64,000 nucleotides of DNA, from the NCBI GenBank assembly GCA_002746255.1, contig NVWO01000004.1, forward strand, positions 76,774 through 140,773, written 5' to 3'. The notes under the pieces are model-generated. The model was not told the origin of the DNA. It saw only the letters and a program-made list of their open reading frames with translations, and ran no database searches. Numbering within the stretch: the first letter of the stretch is position 1; each line of letters opens with the position of its first letter. This DNA comes from Rhodospirillaceae bacterium (GTDB taxonomy: Bacteria; Pseudomonadota; Alphaproteobacteria; GCA-2746255). The position numbers and the translations under genes are program-made. Positions 19,016-31,317 of this stretch are shown here, one piece after another.

Positions 19016-20416
19016 CTAAAATATGTGTGCGGCATGTCTGCCCAGACTGAACTCAAATTGCAGCCATATGCTGTCTGCCGTTCTGTCTTGCAAATGCGTA
19101 GCCCAATCACGGTTATATTGCAGTCGCACTTTGCTGAATTCTGTTGGATACCAAGTGAGATTGGGCGACAAGCGGTTGCGGGTGTCGCGCAGCGGATCAA
19201 GGGACGTCTGTCCTTGCGCTGTGGCATAGTCCCACCTCAATCCAGCTACCCAGCCCGGTTTGAAGCCCCATAAAACCTGAGTGAATAGTCCCCAATCTTT
19301 TAGCACTTCGCGTATAGGATTGCTTGCATCGCCCGCCTCATACCGCCGGTGCAAAGCCTCCGTGTGCCATGAGACGAACGGGGATCCACGGTGTGTCCGC
19401 CTGGCCTGCCATTTCAGAAAAATATCCGCACCGAGTATTCTGGTGTTAGTGCTGGTGCCGCTGGCGTTGGGGCCGAGCACACTTGAAAGACCCAGATTGG
19501 CGCTCACTGTATCTGACAAATCGATGCCGTTTAACCAGCGCGCGCTGTATAGGAGGTCGCCGAAACCGCGCGCATTGCGGTCAATGAGAGTATGGCCCCC
19601 CACCTCTTCAGCTAGCTCACTAAGGAAACTGGTGACAGTTTCGCCTTTGGCGTTTTGCACACCGACATATAGTTCCGAGTACCAATCCGTGGGCATCAAC
19701 CAAGCGACGCGCGCGCCTTGGCTGCGCAAGCCATCACCACCAAAAAAGCGCGAAAGGACGACCGGCTGATCAACAAAACTCCAGGTGTGAGGGTGTTGCG
19801 GATTCTGACGACCGAATTCGGTATAAAACTGGCCGCCTTTGACCTGTAATCCCCAAGGCAGGCTTCTGGTGGTGAAGAAGGCCTCTTCCAGTTCGACGAC
19901 TGTTTCGCCGTCGGCGTCGATTTGGAAAATGATGTTAGCCTGAGCGTTAAAGTAGGGATCGACTGCAGCGCCAATTGTGAGTTCCACATTCTGTACCGTG
20001 AAACCGTTCTGATTGGGATCGTGAGCGCCCGCCTGAAGACCTTTCAGCGCGGCGTTGTCAACGCTGGAACCACCACTTGCAAACAGGCTGGATAGACCCA
20101 ACTGCAAGTCTCCGTTGCCGGGGGGTGTTGTGCTAGGCAGCGTTGTGACTGGGGGTGGTGAAGCTGCAGCAGGCCGGGCTTCCGATACTTGGACAGGTTT
20201 TTTGCTGGCCGATGATTCCAGCTCCTTAAGACGCTGTGCCAACGCCGCGATCTGGTTTTCATAAGCTTGCTTCATATTGTGAAATTGTTGCCTGATTTCG
20301 GATATTTGCGCGCCAAGTATGTCTACCTCTTCATTGGCCATCGCCATCGGCGCATGGAGAGCCTGCGCGCCTATGATGGCTGCTCCGAACATGGAGCGAA
20401 AATACGGACAAGGCAT
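19016..20416 (-). CDS. outer-membrane beta-barrel protein (porin-like) with N-terminal coiled-coil segment
   Basis: 466 aa. Signal peptide, then ~60 aa of heptad-like sequence (QISEIRQQFHNMKQAYENQIAALAQRLKELE), a Pro/Thr linker and an alternating-hydrophobic beta-strand body ending in a C-terminal Phe (AAHIF). First gene of the operon with the two genes above. Confidence 0.7.
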   Translation of the reverse strand: MPCPYFRSMFGAAIIGAQALHAPMAMANEEVDILGAQISEIRQQFHNMKQAYENQIAALAQRLKELESSASKKPVQVSEARPAAASPPPVTTLPSTTPPGNGDLQLGLSSLFASGGSSVDNAALKGLQAGAHDPNQNGFTVQNVELTIGAAVDPYFNAQANIIFQIDADGETVVELEEAFFTTRSLPWGLQVKGGQFYTEFGRQNPQHPHTWSFVDQPVVLSRFFGGDGLRSQGARVAWLMPTDWYSELYVGVQNAKGETVTSFLSELAEEVGGHTLIDRNARGFGDLLYSARWLNGIDLSDTVSANLGLSSVLGPNASGTSTNTRILGADIFLKWQARRTHRGSPFVSWHTEALHRRYEAGDASNPIREVLKDWGLFTQVLWGFKPGWVAGLRWDYATAQGQTSLDPLRDTRNRLSPNLTWYPTEFSKVRLQYNRDWATHLQDRTADSIWLQFEFSLGRHAAHIF

Positions 20417-20463
20417 GGCTAGTCCCCTCTTTTGATTGGAATATGCAGAACCACTGATACGGA

Positions 20464-20479
20464 GTCTCGAAAACGAGAC
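20464..20479. promoter_or_regulatory. inverted repeat GTCTCG-AAAA-CGAGAC in the promoter region of the OMP/ZnuA-like/ZnuB-like operon (candidate metalloregulator operator)
   Basis: Perfect 6-bp arms 48-63 nt upstream of the OMP start codon (minus strand). It is the only obvious dyad in the operon's upstream region. Confidence 0.35.
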
Positions 20480-20514
20480 ATGGTTCAGTTGTCAGCAGAT
20501 TGGAGGAAAATCAA

Positions 20515-20859
20515 TCAAAGTAGGGGAGGTGCGCGTGCGCGCAGAAGGCTTTTAGGGAGTTGCCTATGTGGTTGTGTAGTGGGCGGAGGTTCAACAGAAG
20601 CAATTTTTTGAATCGGGGCGGTTAGCGATAGAATGGGTGGCAGGTCCACAGACAGTTGGCCGAGCCGGCAGATTTGACATCCATCAACTAGGCTTGAATG
20701 ATCGGTAACATCACTTAGATCGTGGGATGCAACGTGCAATGCTGCAAAGAGCAGCGTAAACACCATCACCAGCCGGAGGCGGCGGAGCACGTTTATGTTA
20801 GGGCTAAACACGTTTCTCAATTCAAACCAAATAATAATGGTAACTTTTGCAGGAATCAA
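20515..20859 (-). CDS. hypothetical small exported protein (TTG start), questionable
   Basis: 114-aa ORF with a signal-peptide-like segment RRLRLVMVFTLLFAALHVAS and a His/Asp-rich start to the mature part. No recognisable family. Lies in the lower-GC right end of the insertion. Confidence 0.25.
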   Translation of the reverse strand: MIPAKVTIIIWFELRNVFSPNINVLRRLRLVMVFTLLFAALHVASHDLSDVTDHSSLVDGCQICRLGQLSVDLPPILSLTAPIQKIASVEPPPTTQPHRQLPKSLLRARAPPLL

Positions 20860-20960
20860 AGCCTAACCTAACGGCAGAACTCTAATGCTTGGCACCCTCT
20901 TTTGAGGGCAGTGATGATTTACATCAAGATCGGCGGTCCAGAGGAAAAGTTTAGGGGCTT

Positions 20961-21283
20961 GTTCTGGTTCCGGCAAGCACGGTTGTACGCCGGCAGCTTA
21001 AAGACGCGGCGGGTCGTTAAGAGCTTTTTTTCCGGTTCCCGCCGGCATAGTGGATGGCTTCCTCGGCGGCGCGTAGAAGTGCCATCGCCTTGTTGCGGCT
21101 TTCCTGGTATTCGGCTTCCGGATTGCTGTCTGCAACAACCCCGCCGCCGGCCTGCACATACATGGTTTCATCTTTCACGATAGCCGTGCGCAGAGCGATG
21201 CAACTATCCATGGTGCCATTGGCCGCAAAATAACCAACGCAGCCGCCATAGATGCTTCTGCGGTCCGGTTCCAGCTCTTCGAT
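20961..21283. repeat. right copy of 323-bp direct repeat (carries a yibQ' 3' fragment and the genuine trpE 3' end)
   Basis: See left copy. Similarity ends exactly where the trpE' remnant gains a spurious start (left) and where the intact trpE continues (right). Confidence 0.9.
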
Positions 21284-22540
21284 GATTTCCATTGCGCGTA
21301 CCTTTGGCGCACCCGAGACGGTGCCGGCGGGAAAGCCTGCAATGAGCGCGTCAATCGCATCGAATTTCGGATCAAGCCGGCCTTCAACGTTCGAAACAAT
21401 GTGCATAACGTGAGAATAATATTCGATGATCATTTCTTCAGTTACATGAACGCTGCCAATCTCGGCGACGCGGCCAACGTCGTTCCGGCCAAGGTCAAGC
21501 AACATCAGATGTTCAGCCCGCTCTTTCGGGTCGGCGAGCAGGTCTTCCGAGAGCTGCCGGTCTTCTTCGGCATTTTTTCCACGCCGCCGCGTTCCGGCGA
21601 TCGGACGGATTGTTACCACGCCGTCGCGAACCCGGACCAGAATTTCAGGGCTTGAGCCGACGACGGCGAAGTCCTGGAAGTCGAGAAGAAACAGGAAAGG
21701 TGAGGGGTTCAGCCGTCGCAGCGACCGGTAGAGCGCAATGGGCGGTAGCGGGAAGGGAACCTGAAAACGCTGCGAGGGGACCACCTGGAAAACGTCACCA
21801 GCCCGAATGTAGGCCTTCGCCCGTTCGACCATTCCGTGATACGCCTCGCGGGTCTGATTCGAAACCGGAACTGGTGTCTCGGTGGATGGCGGCGCGCTCA
21901 TCTTTTCATGGGAAAGGCTTTCGTCAAGGGTCACAATGCATTGCTGAAGACGTGCTTCTGCCTTCGCATAGGCGGCCTTCGCATCGAGTTCTTTTTTTGG
22001 GCGAACCGGCGTGACCAGGATCGCCGTGTCTTCAATGTTGTCGAAGATCACCATTACCGTCGGACGAACGAACATGCCATCGGGCAAGCCGGAAATGCCT
22101 GCCGGGTTTGTGGCGGGCAGGTCCTCCATTAATCGGACCATGTCATAGCCCATATAGCCGACGAGGCCTGCGGCCATTGGCGGCATCGCGTCAGGCAGGT
22201 CGATGGCAGACTTTGCAAGCAAGTCGCGGAAGGAAGCGAACACGTCGCCTTCAATGGGGCGAAAGGCGGTGGCATCGACATCGGCATTTTCGTTAATCTC
22301 TGCCCGACCACCGAAGCAACGCCAAATGACATCTGGACGGGTGCCGATAAAAGAATAACGTCCGCGCGTGGCACCACCTTCAACGGATTCGAGTAGAAAA
22401 CCGTTCGGCGAATGTCCGGCAAGTTTCTGCATGGCCGAAACGGGGGTTTCCAGATCGGCAATCAACTTCGTCCACACGACCTGTGGCCGGTTGGCGGTGT
22501 AGTTTTCTGAAAAATCTCCGAAGGAGGGATGGACGGACAT
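21017..22540 (-). CDS. trpE: anthranilate synthase component I
   Basis: 507 aa chorismate-binding enzyme. The last ~88 codons are duplicated at 16988..17257. Confidence 0.92.
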   Translation of the reverse strand: MSVHPSFGDFSENYTANRPQVVWTKLIADLETPVSAMQKLAGHSPNGFLLESVEGGATRGRYSFIGTRPDVIWRCFGGRAEINENADVDATAFRPIEGDVFASFRDLLAKSAIDLPDAMPPMAAGLVGYMGYDMVRLMEDLPATNPAGISGLPDGMFVRPTVMVIFDNIEDTAILVTPVRPKKELDAKAAYAKAEARLQQCIVTLDESLSHEKMSAPPSTETPVPVSNQTREAYHGMVERAKAYIRAGDVFQVVPSQRFQVPFPLPPIALYRSLRRLNPSPFLFLLDFQDFAVVGSSPEILVRVRDGVVTIRPIAGTRRRGKNAEEDRQLSEDLLADPKERAEHLMLLDLGRNDVGRVAEIGSVHVTEEMIIEYYSHVMHIVSNVEGRLDPKFDAIDALIAGFPAGTVSGAPKVRAMEIIEELEPDRRSIYGGCVGYFAANGTMDSCIALRTAIVKDETMYVQAGGGVVADSNPEAEYQESRNKAMALLRAAEEAIHYAGGNRKKSS

Positions 22541-22549
22541 CGCCCTGGT

Positions 22550-24433
22550 CTAGTACGTAGCTTCGATGGCCGAACGATTGGTCTCGACCGGATGTTTCTT
22601 TTCGAGAGCCGCGATATATTGGTCGAGAATGTCGTTTGCCAGAGACTGCAGCAGGTTTGCGCGCACGCTTTCAAGCGCTTTGATGTCTTTGTCGATGTCC
22701 GCTTTCCGAATTTCCTTTATCAGGGCCACGGTGTAACCGTTTTCAGATGGCGCCTGCACCACCTCTCCGACCTTTGCGGCGAAAATTTTTCGGGTCAGTT
22801 CATGGGAAATTCCAGAATTCAAATCTTGCGCATCGCGCGTTAAGGGGTCGGAGGTTCTTATTTGAAAACGTCGATTGCCGGCAAGTTTTTTTAGGCTTGT
22901 CCCGGTTTTTGTCTTTTCGACAATTTCCGTTGCCATTTTTTCAGCCTTGCGGTTCCGTTCTTCCGCCTGCCAATCCGCAATGACCTGTTTGCGGATGTCA
23001 TCAAGTGGCTGCAAGGCCGCTGGCGTAATAGCATCGACCCGCAGAATGAAAAGCCGGCCGTCCTTCGTTTCAACCAACGTGCTTTCCTCACCATCGGCCG
23101 TGTTAAAAGCGGTCGAAAGGAATGCATCGATATCCGGGAGAGTCGCGACCGCCTTTCCGTCGGGGGTTTTCCCCTCGGCGCTTACATTTTCGAAGTGAAG
23201 CGTGGGAAGGTTCAATACCTTTCCGGCTTCTTCAAAGGTCGCACCACTGGCAAGACGGTCTTCAATCTGTGTCGAAATGGCATAAAGGCTGTCGATCGCA
23301 CGATTGTGTGCGATGTCCTCCGCTATCTTGTCGCGAACGGCCTCAAATTTAGGGGTCGCGCCAGGCGCAATCGTTTTCACGCGCAGAATATGCCAGCCGA
23401 ACGGACTTTTTATTGCCTTGCTGACCGCGCCCTTTTCCAGACGGAAGGCCGGTTCGGAAAGTTCCGGGATAAGGTCTTTGCGGGCGTGGCTTCCAAGGGA
23501 AAGGTTGGCACCCTGTTCAACTTTTCCGACCTCTATGGCAACGATCTCGAACGATTTGCCTTCCTCCAGCAACGTTTCTGCGCGTGTTGCGCTTTCTTCA
23601 TCCGAGAGAAGGATTTGTTCGATTTCACGGCGTTCCGGGGTGGAGATTTCGCCAAGGCGCGCTTCGTATTCTTCCCGAAGTTCCGTTTCCGTAATTTCGA
23701 CTTCGCTACGGAAGTCGTCGGGCGAGACGACGATCGCCGTTATTTTGCGGTATTCCGGCGACACGTACTGTTCCGCATGCTCGCTGTGATAGGCAGCAAG
23801 AGTTTCCGGCTTCGGTCTTCCGACGCCCTTCATCTTGTGAGCGGGGACCGACAATGTCGCGACGACCCGCTCTTCTTTCCGGAAATCAAAGAGAAGAGTC
23901 CCCAGGCGTTCCGGCACGACGGTTCCGTGGGTAATTGCTTGCATTAATTGATTGCGTTTGATGCCCCGGCGAATAAGGCTCGCAAATTGCTCTTCGGTGT
24001 AACCGTTGCTTCGAAGCAGGTCGTAAAAAACCTGCTTGTCGAATTCACCAAAGCGATTGCGAAAGGCGGGCGTCTCCTTAATCCGTGCGGCAACCAGCCC
24101 ATCACTGGGGAAAATGCCAAGATCTCTGGACTCCAGATCAAAAATAACTTCAGAGATCAAGCGCTCAAGAGCACGATCAAGAAGCCCCAGCCCGCGGGCC
24201 TGTTCCGCAGTGAGAGAGTTCTCGAAAAGATGCTGAATGCGGTCCATCTCGCGCCGAAATTCTCGGGAAAGCTGGTCGCTGGTAATTTTGACGTCACCGA
24301 CCTTGGCAATGGTCGCCTCGCGTCCACCGCGAAAAACGTCGCCTATTCCCCACACTGCGAAACTCAGGACAAGGAGAAGCAGCAACCCTTTGACGACCCA
24401 AGAGGTCGTGCGTTTGCGGATCGTTTCAAGCAT
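22550..24433 (-). CDS. ppiD: periplasmic folding chaperone / peptidylprolyl isomerase PpiD (SurA-like)
   Basis: 627 aa with an N-terminal TM anchor (WVVKGLLLLLVLSFAVWG), a SurA-N-like region and a parvulin domain (GWHILRV). Confidence 0.8.
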   Translation of the reverse strand: MLETIRKRTTSWVVKGLLLLLVLSFAVWGIGDVFRGGREATIAKVGDVKITSDQLSREFRREMDRIQHLFENSLTAEQARGLGLLDRALERLISEVIFDLESRDLGIFPSDGLVAARIKETPAFRNRFGEFDKQVFYDLLRSNGYTEEQFASLIRRGIKRNQLMQAITHGTVVPERLGTLLFDFRKEERVVATLSVPAHKMKGVGRPKPETLAAYHSEHAEQYVSPEYRKITAIVVSPDDFRSEVEITETELREEYEARLGEISTPERREIEQILLSDEESATRAETLLEEGKSFEIVAIEVGKVEQGANLSLGSHARKDLIPELSEPAFRLEKGAVSKAIKSPFGWHILRVKTIAPGATPKFEAVRDKIAEDIAHNRAIDSLYAISTQIEDRLASGATFEEAGKVLNLPTLHFENVSAEGKTPDGKAVATLPDIDAFLSTAFNTADGEESTLVETKDGRLFILRVDAITPAALQPLDDIRKQVIADWQAEERNRKAEKMATEIVEKTKTGTSLKKLAGNRRFQIRTSDPLTRDAQDLNSGISHELTRKIFAAKVGEVVQAPSENGYTVALIKEIRKADIDKDIKALESVRANLLQSLANDILDQYIAALEKKHPVETNRSAIEATY

Positions 24434-24620
24434 ACAAAATCGCAGATCGATAAATTGAAGCGGATTGAAGAAAGGCTAAAATTCAAGTTGTTGACCAGCG
24501 CAGTGTAATAGGGGGCTCTAGGGCTCGCAAGCCCAGAATGGGCCATTGTGTGCAATCAGGGGGTCTGGAAAATAGCCATGTCCTATGTTAGCAAATCCCA
24601 TGAACGACCTAGGAATTAGG

Positions 24621-25376
24621 ATGCCACACGCAAAAAATCCGTTAATTATCGGCAACTGGAAGATGAACGGGCTGCGCAAAGCAGGCCAGGCGCTGGCTCG
24701 GGGGATTGTTCAATCGCGTAAACAAGGCCGTGCCGCTGTCGATCTTGTCCTTTGTCCGCCGGCGACCCTTCTGGGGACGATCGGCGAAATTCTGGCGGGA
24801 AGCGGAATTTTTCTGGGCGCGCAGGATTGCCATCAGAAAAAAACAGGCGCCCATACCGGCGATGTTTCCGCAGACATGTTGGCCGATATTGGCTGCCGCT
24901 TCGTTATCCTTGGCCATTCCGAACGCCGGGAAGGGCATGGCGAAAGCGATCGTGATGTTGCCGCAAAGGTCGTCGCTGCCCATGCGGCGGGGCTGATTGC
25001 TATCGTCTGTGTTGGTGAAAGCGCTGCCGAACGGGATGCCGGCGCGGCCCTGGACGTCATTGAGGCGCAGCTTATGGCTTCCTTACCGGAAGGGTCGAAA
25101 GCGGAAAAAACGGTCATCGCCTATGAGCCGTTGTGGGCCATTGGCAGTGGCCGGACACCGACTGCCGACGAAATTAAGGTTGTTCATGAGCGGATTCGCG
25201 CGAATTTGGGTAAATCTTTTGGACCTGCCCAGGCTTTTCGCATTCTCTATGGCGGGTCCGTAATGGCGGCAAACGCGGCGGCAATCCTGTCTATCCCCGG
25301 GGTCAATGGTGCCTTGATTGGCGGGGCCAGCCTGAATGTCGAGGCCTTTTGTGAGATTGCCGAAAGTTGTGGCTAG
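24621..25376 (+). CDS. tpiA: triose-phosphate isomerase
   Basis: Internal ATG of ORF 24585..25376 with an AGGA SD. Motifs IIGNWKMNG, ILGHSERR and AYEPLWAIGSG. Confidence 0.9.
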   Translation: MPHAKNPLIIGNWKMNGLRKAGQALARGIVQSRKQGRAAVDLVLCPPATLLGTIGEILAGSGIFLGAQDCHQKKTGAHTGDVSADMLADIGCRFVILGHSERREGHGESDRDVAAKVVAAHAAGLIAIVCVGESAAERDAGAALDVIEAQLMASLPEGSKAEKTVIAYEPLWAIGSGRTPTADEIKVVHERIRANLGKSFGPAQAFRILYGGSVMAANAAAILSIPGVNGALIGGASLNVEAFCEIAESCG

Positions 25377-25456
25377 CATCGCATGATGGAATTCAGTAAA
25401 AGGCGGGGGTCGCAAAGGGTGGCGATGTTCAGTAAAAACGGCGAAAAAAAGCAAAG

Positions 25457-25807
25457 ATGACGACGATCCTTCTTGTCATTCACTTGATCCTCGCAGTCGC
25501 GCTGGTCGGTATCATCCTTCTACAGCGAAGCGAGGGTGGCGGCCTTGGTATCGGCGGCAGTAGCGGTGGCGGCGGCCTTTTCACGACAAAGGAAACGGCC
25601 AATCTGCTCACCCGGACAACGGCGATCCTGGCGACCTGTTTCATGGTGAGCAGCCTGACCCTGGCTATTCTTGCCAACCGGTCCTCTGAATCTGTCTCGA
25701 TTCTCGATGCCGAGGAACCCGTCAGCACGCCCTTTGAGGCAACGGTGCCGGAAGCCCCTCTCGAAGCAATGCCGCCAGCCGCGCCAAGCGCGCCTTTGGG
25801 GGAATGA
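25457..25807 (+). CDS. secG: preprotein translocase subunit SecG
   Basis: 116 aa with two TM helices and the LLQRSEGGGLG glycine-rich loop. Followed by a terminator hairpin. Confidence 0.88.
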   Translation: MTTILLVIHLILAVALVGIILLQRSEGGGLGIGGSSGGGGLFTTKETANLLTRTTAILATCFMVSSLTLAILANRSSESVSILDAEEPVSTPFEATVPEAPLEAMPPAAPSAPLGE

Positions 25808-27547
<1,740 letters not shown>

Positions 27548-27558
27548 GGAATTTTCAT

Positions 27559-29704
<2,146 letters not shown>

Positions 29705-29756
29705 AATACGCGCAAAAAAAGTTGACGCCTTGCACCCATCGTGATTCCATTCGCTT

Positions 29757-30116
29757 ATGTTGATTTTCAACGAACTTCGTGCGCGTGCGAAACAAATTAT
29801 CGCGCCCGTTATCGGCATTGCGGCCATGACCTATTTTGGCCATCACACCATTCAGGGTGAGCATGGGATTTTGACCTGGCTGCAGCTTTCAAGCCAGGTG
29901 GAGCAGGCGAACGCAACCCTCCACGCGCTTGAAACGAAACGCAGCCAGCTTGCCAACCGGGTTCGGCTCTTGCACCCGGATCATCTCGACCTCGACATGT
30001 TGGACGAACAGGCGCGCCGCTTGCTGAATCTGGGCCGTATGGACGAGATTCTCATTCTCATGCCGACGAATGCCGACGTGACGGTCTCCCCAATAGCTTT
30101 CGACGAAAATAATTAA
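29757..30116 (+). CDS. ftsB: septum formation initiator FtsB/DivIC family protein
   Basis: 119 aa with an N-terminal TM helix and a coiled coil. Conserved position between eno and the pdh operon in alphaproteobacteria. Confidence 0.75.
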   Translation: MLIFNELRARAKQIIAPVIGIAAMTYFGHHTIQGEHGILTWLQLSSQVEQANATLHALETKRSQLANRVRLLHPDHLDLDMLDEQARRLLNLGRMDEILILMPTNADVTVSPIAFDENN

Positions 30117-30159
30117 CCTAAATTCAGTTTATCTTAATATTTCATAGGAATACTAAGGT

Positions 30160-30185
30160 GTTGCAACATTTTTTCTTGTTGCAAT
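30160..30185. promoter_or_regulatory. two copies of palindromic octamer GTTGCAAC / GTTGCAAT 18 nt apart upstream of pdhA
   Basis: Perfect palindrome GTTGCAAC at 30160-30167 and a 7/8 copy at 30178-30185, about 65-90 nt upstream of the pdhA start in an AT-rich spacer. Confidence 0.3.
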
Positions 30186-30248
30186 TCGCCAGTCATGCGC
30201 GTAGGTCTGGCAACATATGCACCCGACCTACCGAAGGACAGGCGCGGC

Positions 30249-31313
30249 ATGGCGGTACAGAAATCTCGAGAAAAATCCCCAAAAAAACCTGGGAAAAACG
30301 CGGCAAAAAAGGCGCGGCGGCGCCCGGTGCCAAAGAAGGCGGCAGTCTCAGAACTTGCGCGGCTTTTTGAGTTTTACCGGCGCATGTTGCATATTCGCCG
30401 CTTCGAGGAAAAAGCCGGTCAGCTTTATGGCATGGGCCTCATCGGCGGCTTTTGCCATCTCTATATCGGTCAGGAGGCGGTGGTTGTCGGCGCACTTTCG
30501 GCAATCGAAGCGCCAAAGGACTCGTTCATTACAGCCTATCGCTGCCACGGCCATGTGTTGGAAGCAGGGATCGAGCCGAAAACGGCGATGGCCGAGCTGC
30601 TTGGCCGCAGCAACGGCGTTTGCAAGGGCAAGGGCGGTTCCATGCACTTCTTTGCGCCCGAAAAAGGATTTTACGGCGGCCACGGCATCGTTGGCGCTAC
30701 GGCGCCTCTCGGTACAGGGCTGGCCTTCGCCCACAAATATCGCAAAGACGGCGGCGTCGTCCTTGCTTTCTTTGGCGAGGGGGCTGCCAATCAGGGGCAG
30801 GTCTATGAGGCCTTCAACATGGCGTCGCTCTGGAAACTCCCCATCGTCTACATCATCGAGAACAACCGCTATGGCATGGGAACCGCCGTTGAACGCGCCT
30901 CGGCCATTACCGATATGTACAAACATGGCGAGAGCGTCGGCATTCCGGGCCGGCGTGTCGACGGCATGGATGTCGAGGCCGTTCAAAAATCCGTGAAAAC
31001 GGCAGCCGATGAGGCGCGCGCGGGCAAGGGGCCGGTGCTTCTTGAAATGCGGACGTACCGTTATCGAGGCCATTCGATGTCGGACCCGGCGAAATACCGG
31101 AGTCGCGAGGAAGTCGCGAAGATTCGCGAAAAACGCGACCCGATCGACCATTTGGGCAGGCTGCTTCTGAAACACGCCAAGGTAAAGGAAGAAGACCTGA
31201 AAGAGATCGACCGTGAAATAAAGGCCGTCATTTCCAAAGCCGCCGATTTTGCCCAGAAAAGTCCTGAGCCGGAGCCAGCCGAGCTTCTGACAGACATACA
31301 GATCGAGGCATAG
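30249..31313 (+). CDS. pdhA: pyruvate dehydrogenase E1 component alpha subunit
   Basis: Internal Met of ORF 30195..31313. TPP-binding [33 protein letters not shown] (regulatory-loop-like segment). Confidence 0.9.
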   Translation: MAVQKSREKSPKKPGKNAAKKARRRPVPKKAAVSELARLFEFYRRMLHIRRFEEKAGQLYGMGLIGGFCHLYIGQEAVVVGALSAIEAPKDSFITAYRCHGHVLEAGIEPKTAMAELLGRSNGVCKGKGGSMHFFAPEKGFYGGHGIVGATAPLGTGLAFAHKYRKDGGVVLAFFGEGAANQGQVYEAFNMASLWKLPIVYIIENNRYGMGTAVERASAITDMYKHGESVGIPGRRVDGMDVEAVQKSVKTAADEARAGKGPVLLEMRTYRYRGHSMSDPAKYRSREEVAKIREKRDPIDHLGRLLLKHAKVKEEDLKEIDREIKAVISKAADFAQKSPEPEPAELLTDIQIEA

Positions 31314-31317
31314 GCGC

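Larger units (their letters stand above)
17255..20960. other. about 3.7-kb lower-GC insertion (genomic islet) between the direct repeats, carrying a metal-uptake operon; no integrase/transposase
   Basis: It interrupts the convergent yibQ-like/trpE junction. GC is visibly lower than the flanks (roughly low 50s% against ~60% by eye). Bounded by 96%-identical 323-bp direct repeats. Confidence 0.7.

Noticed and set aside
17255-20960. The insertion as an IS element, transposon or integrative element
   Set aside because: No transposase or integrase ORF, no terminal inverted repeats and no short target-site duplication. The flanks are long (323-bp) duplications of host sequence, which points to homologous (Campbell-type) recombination instead.
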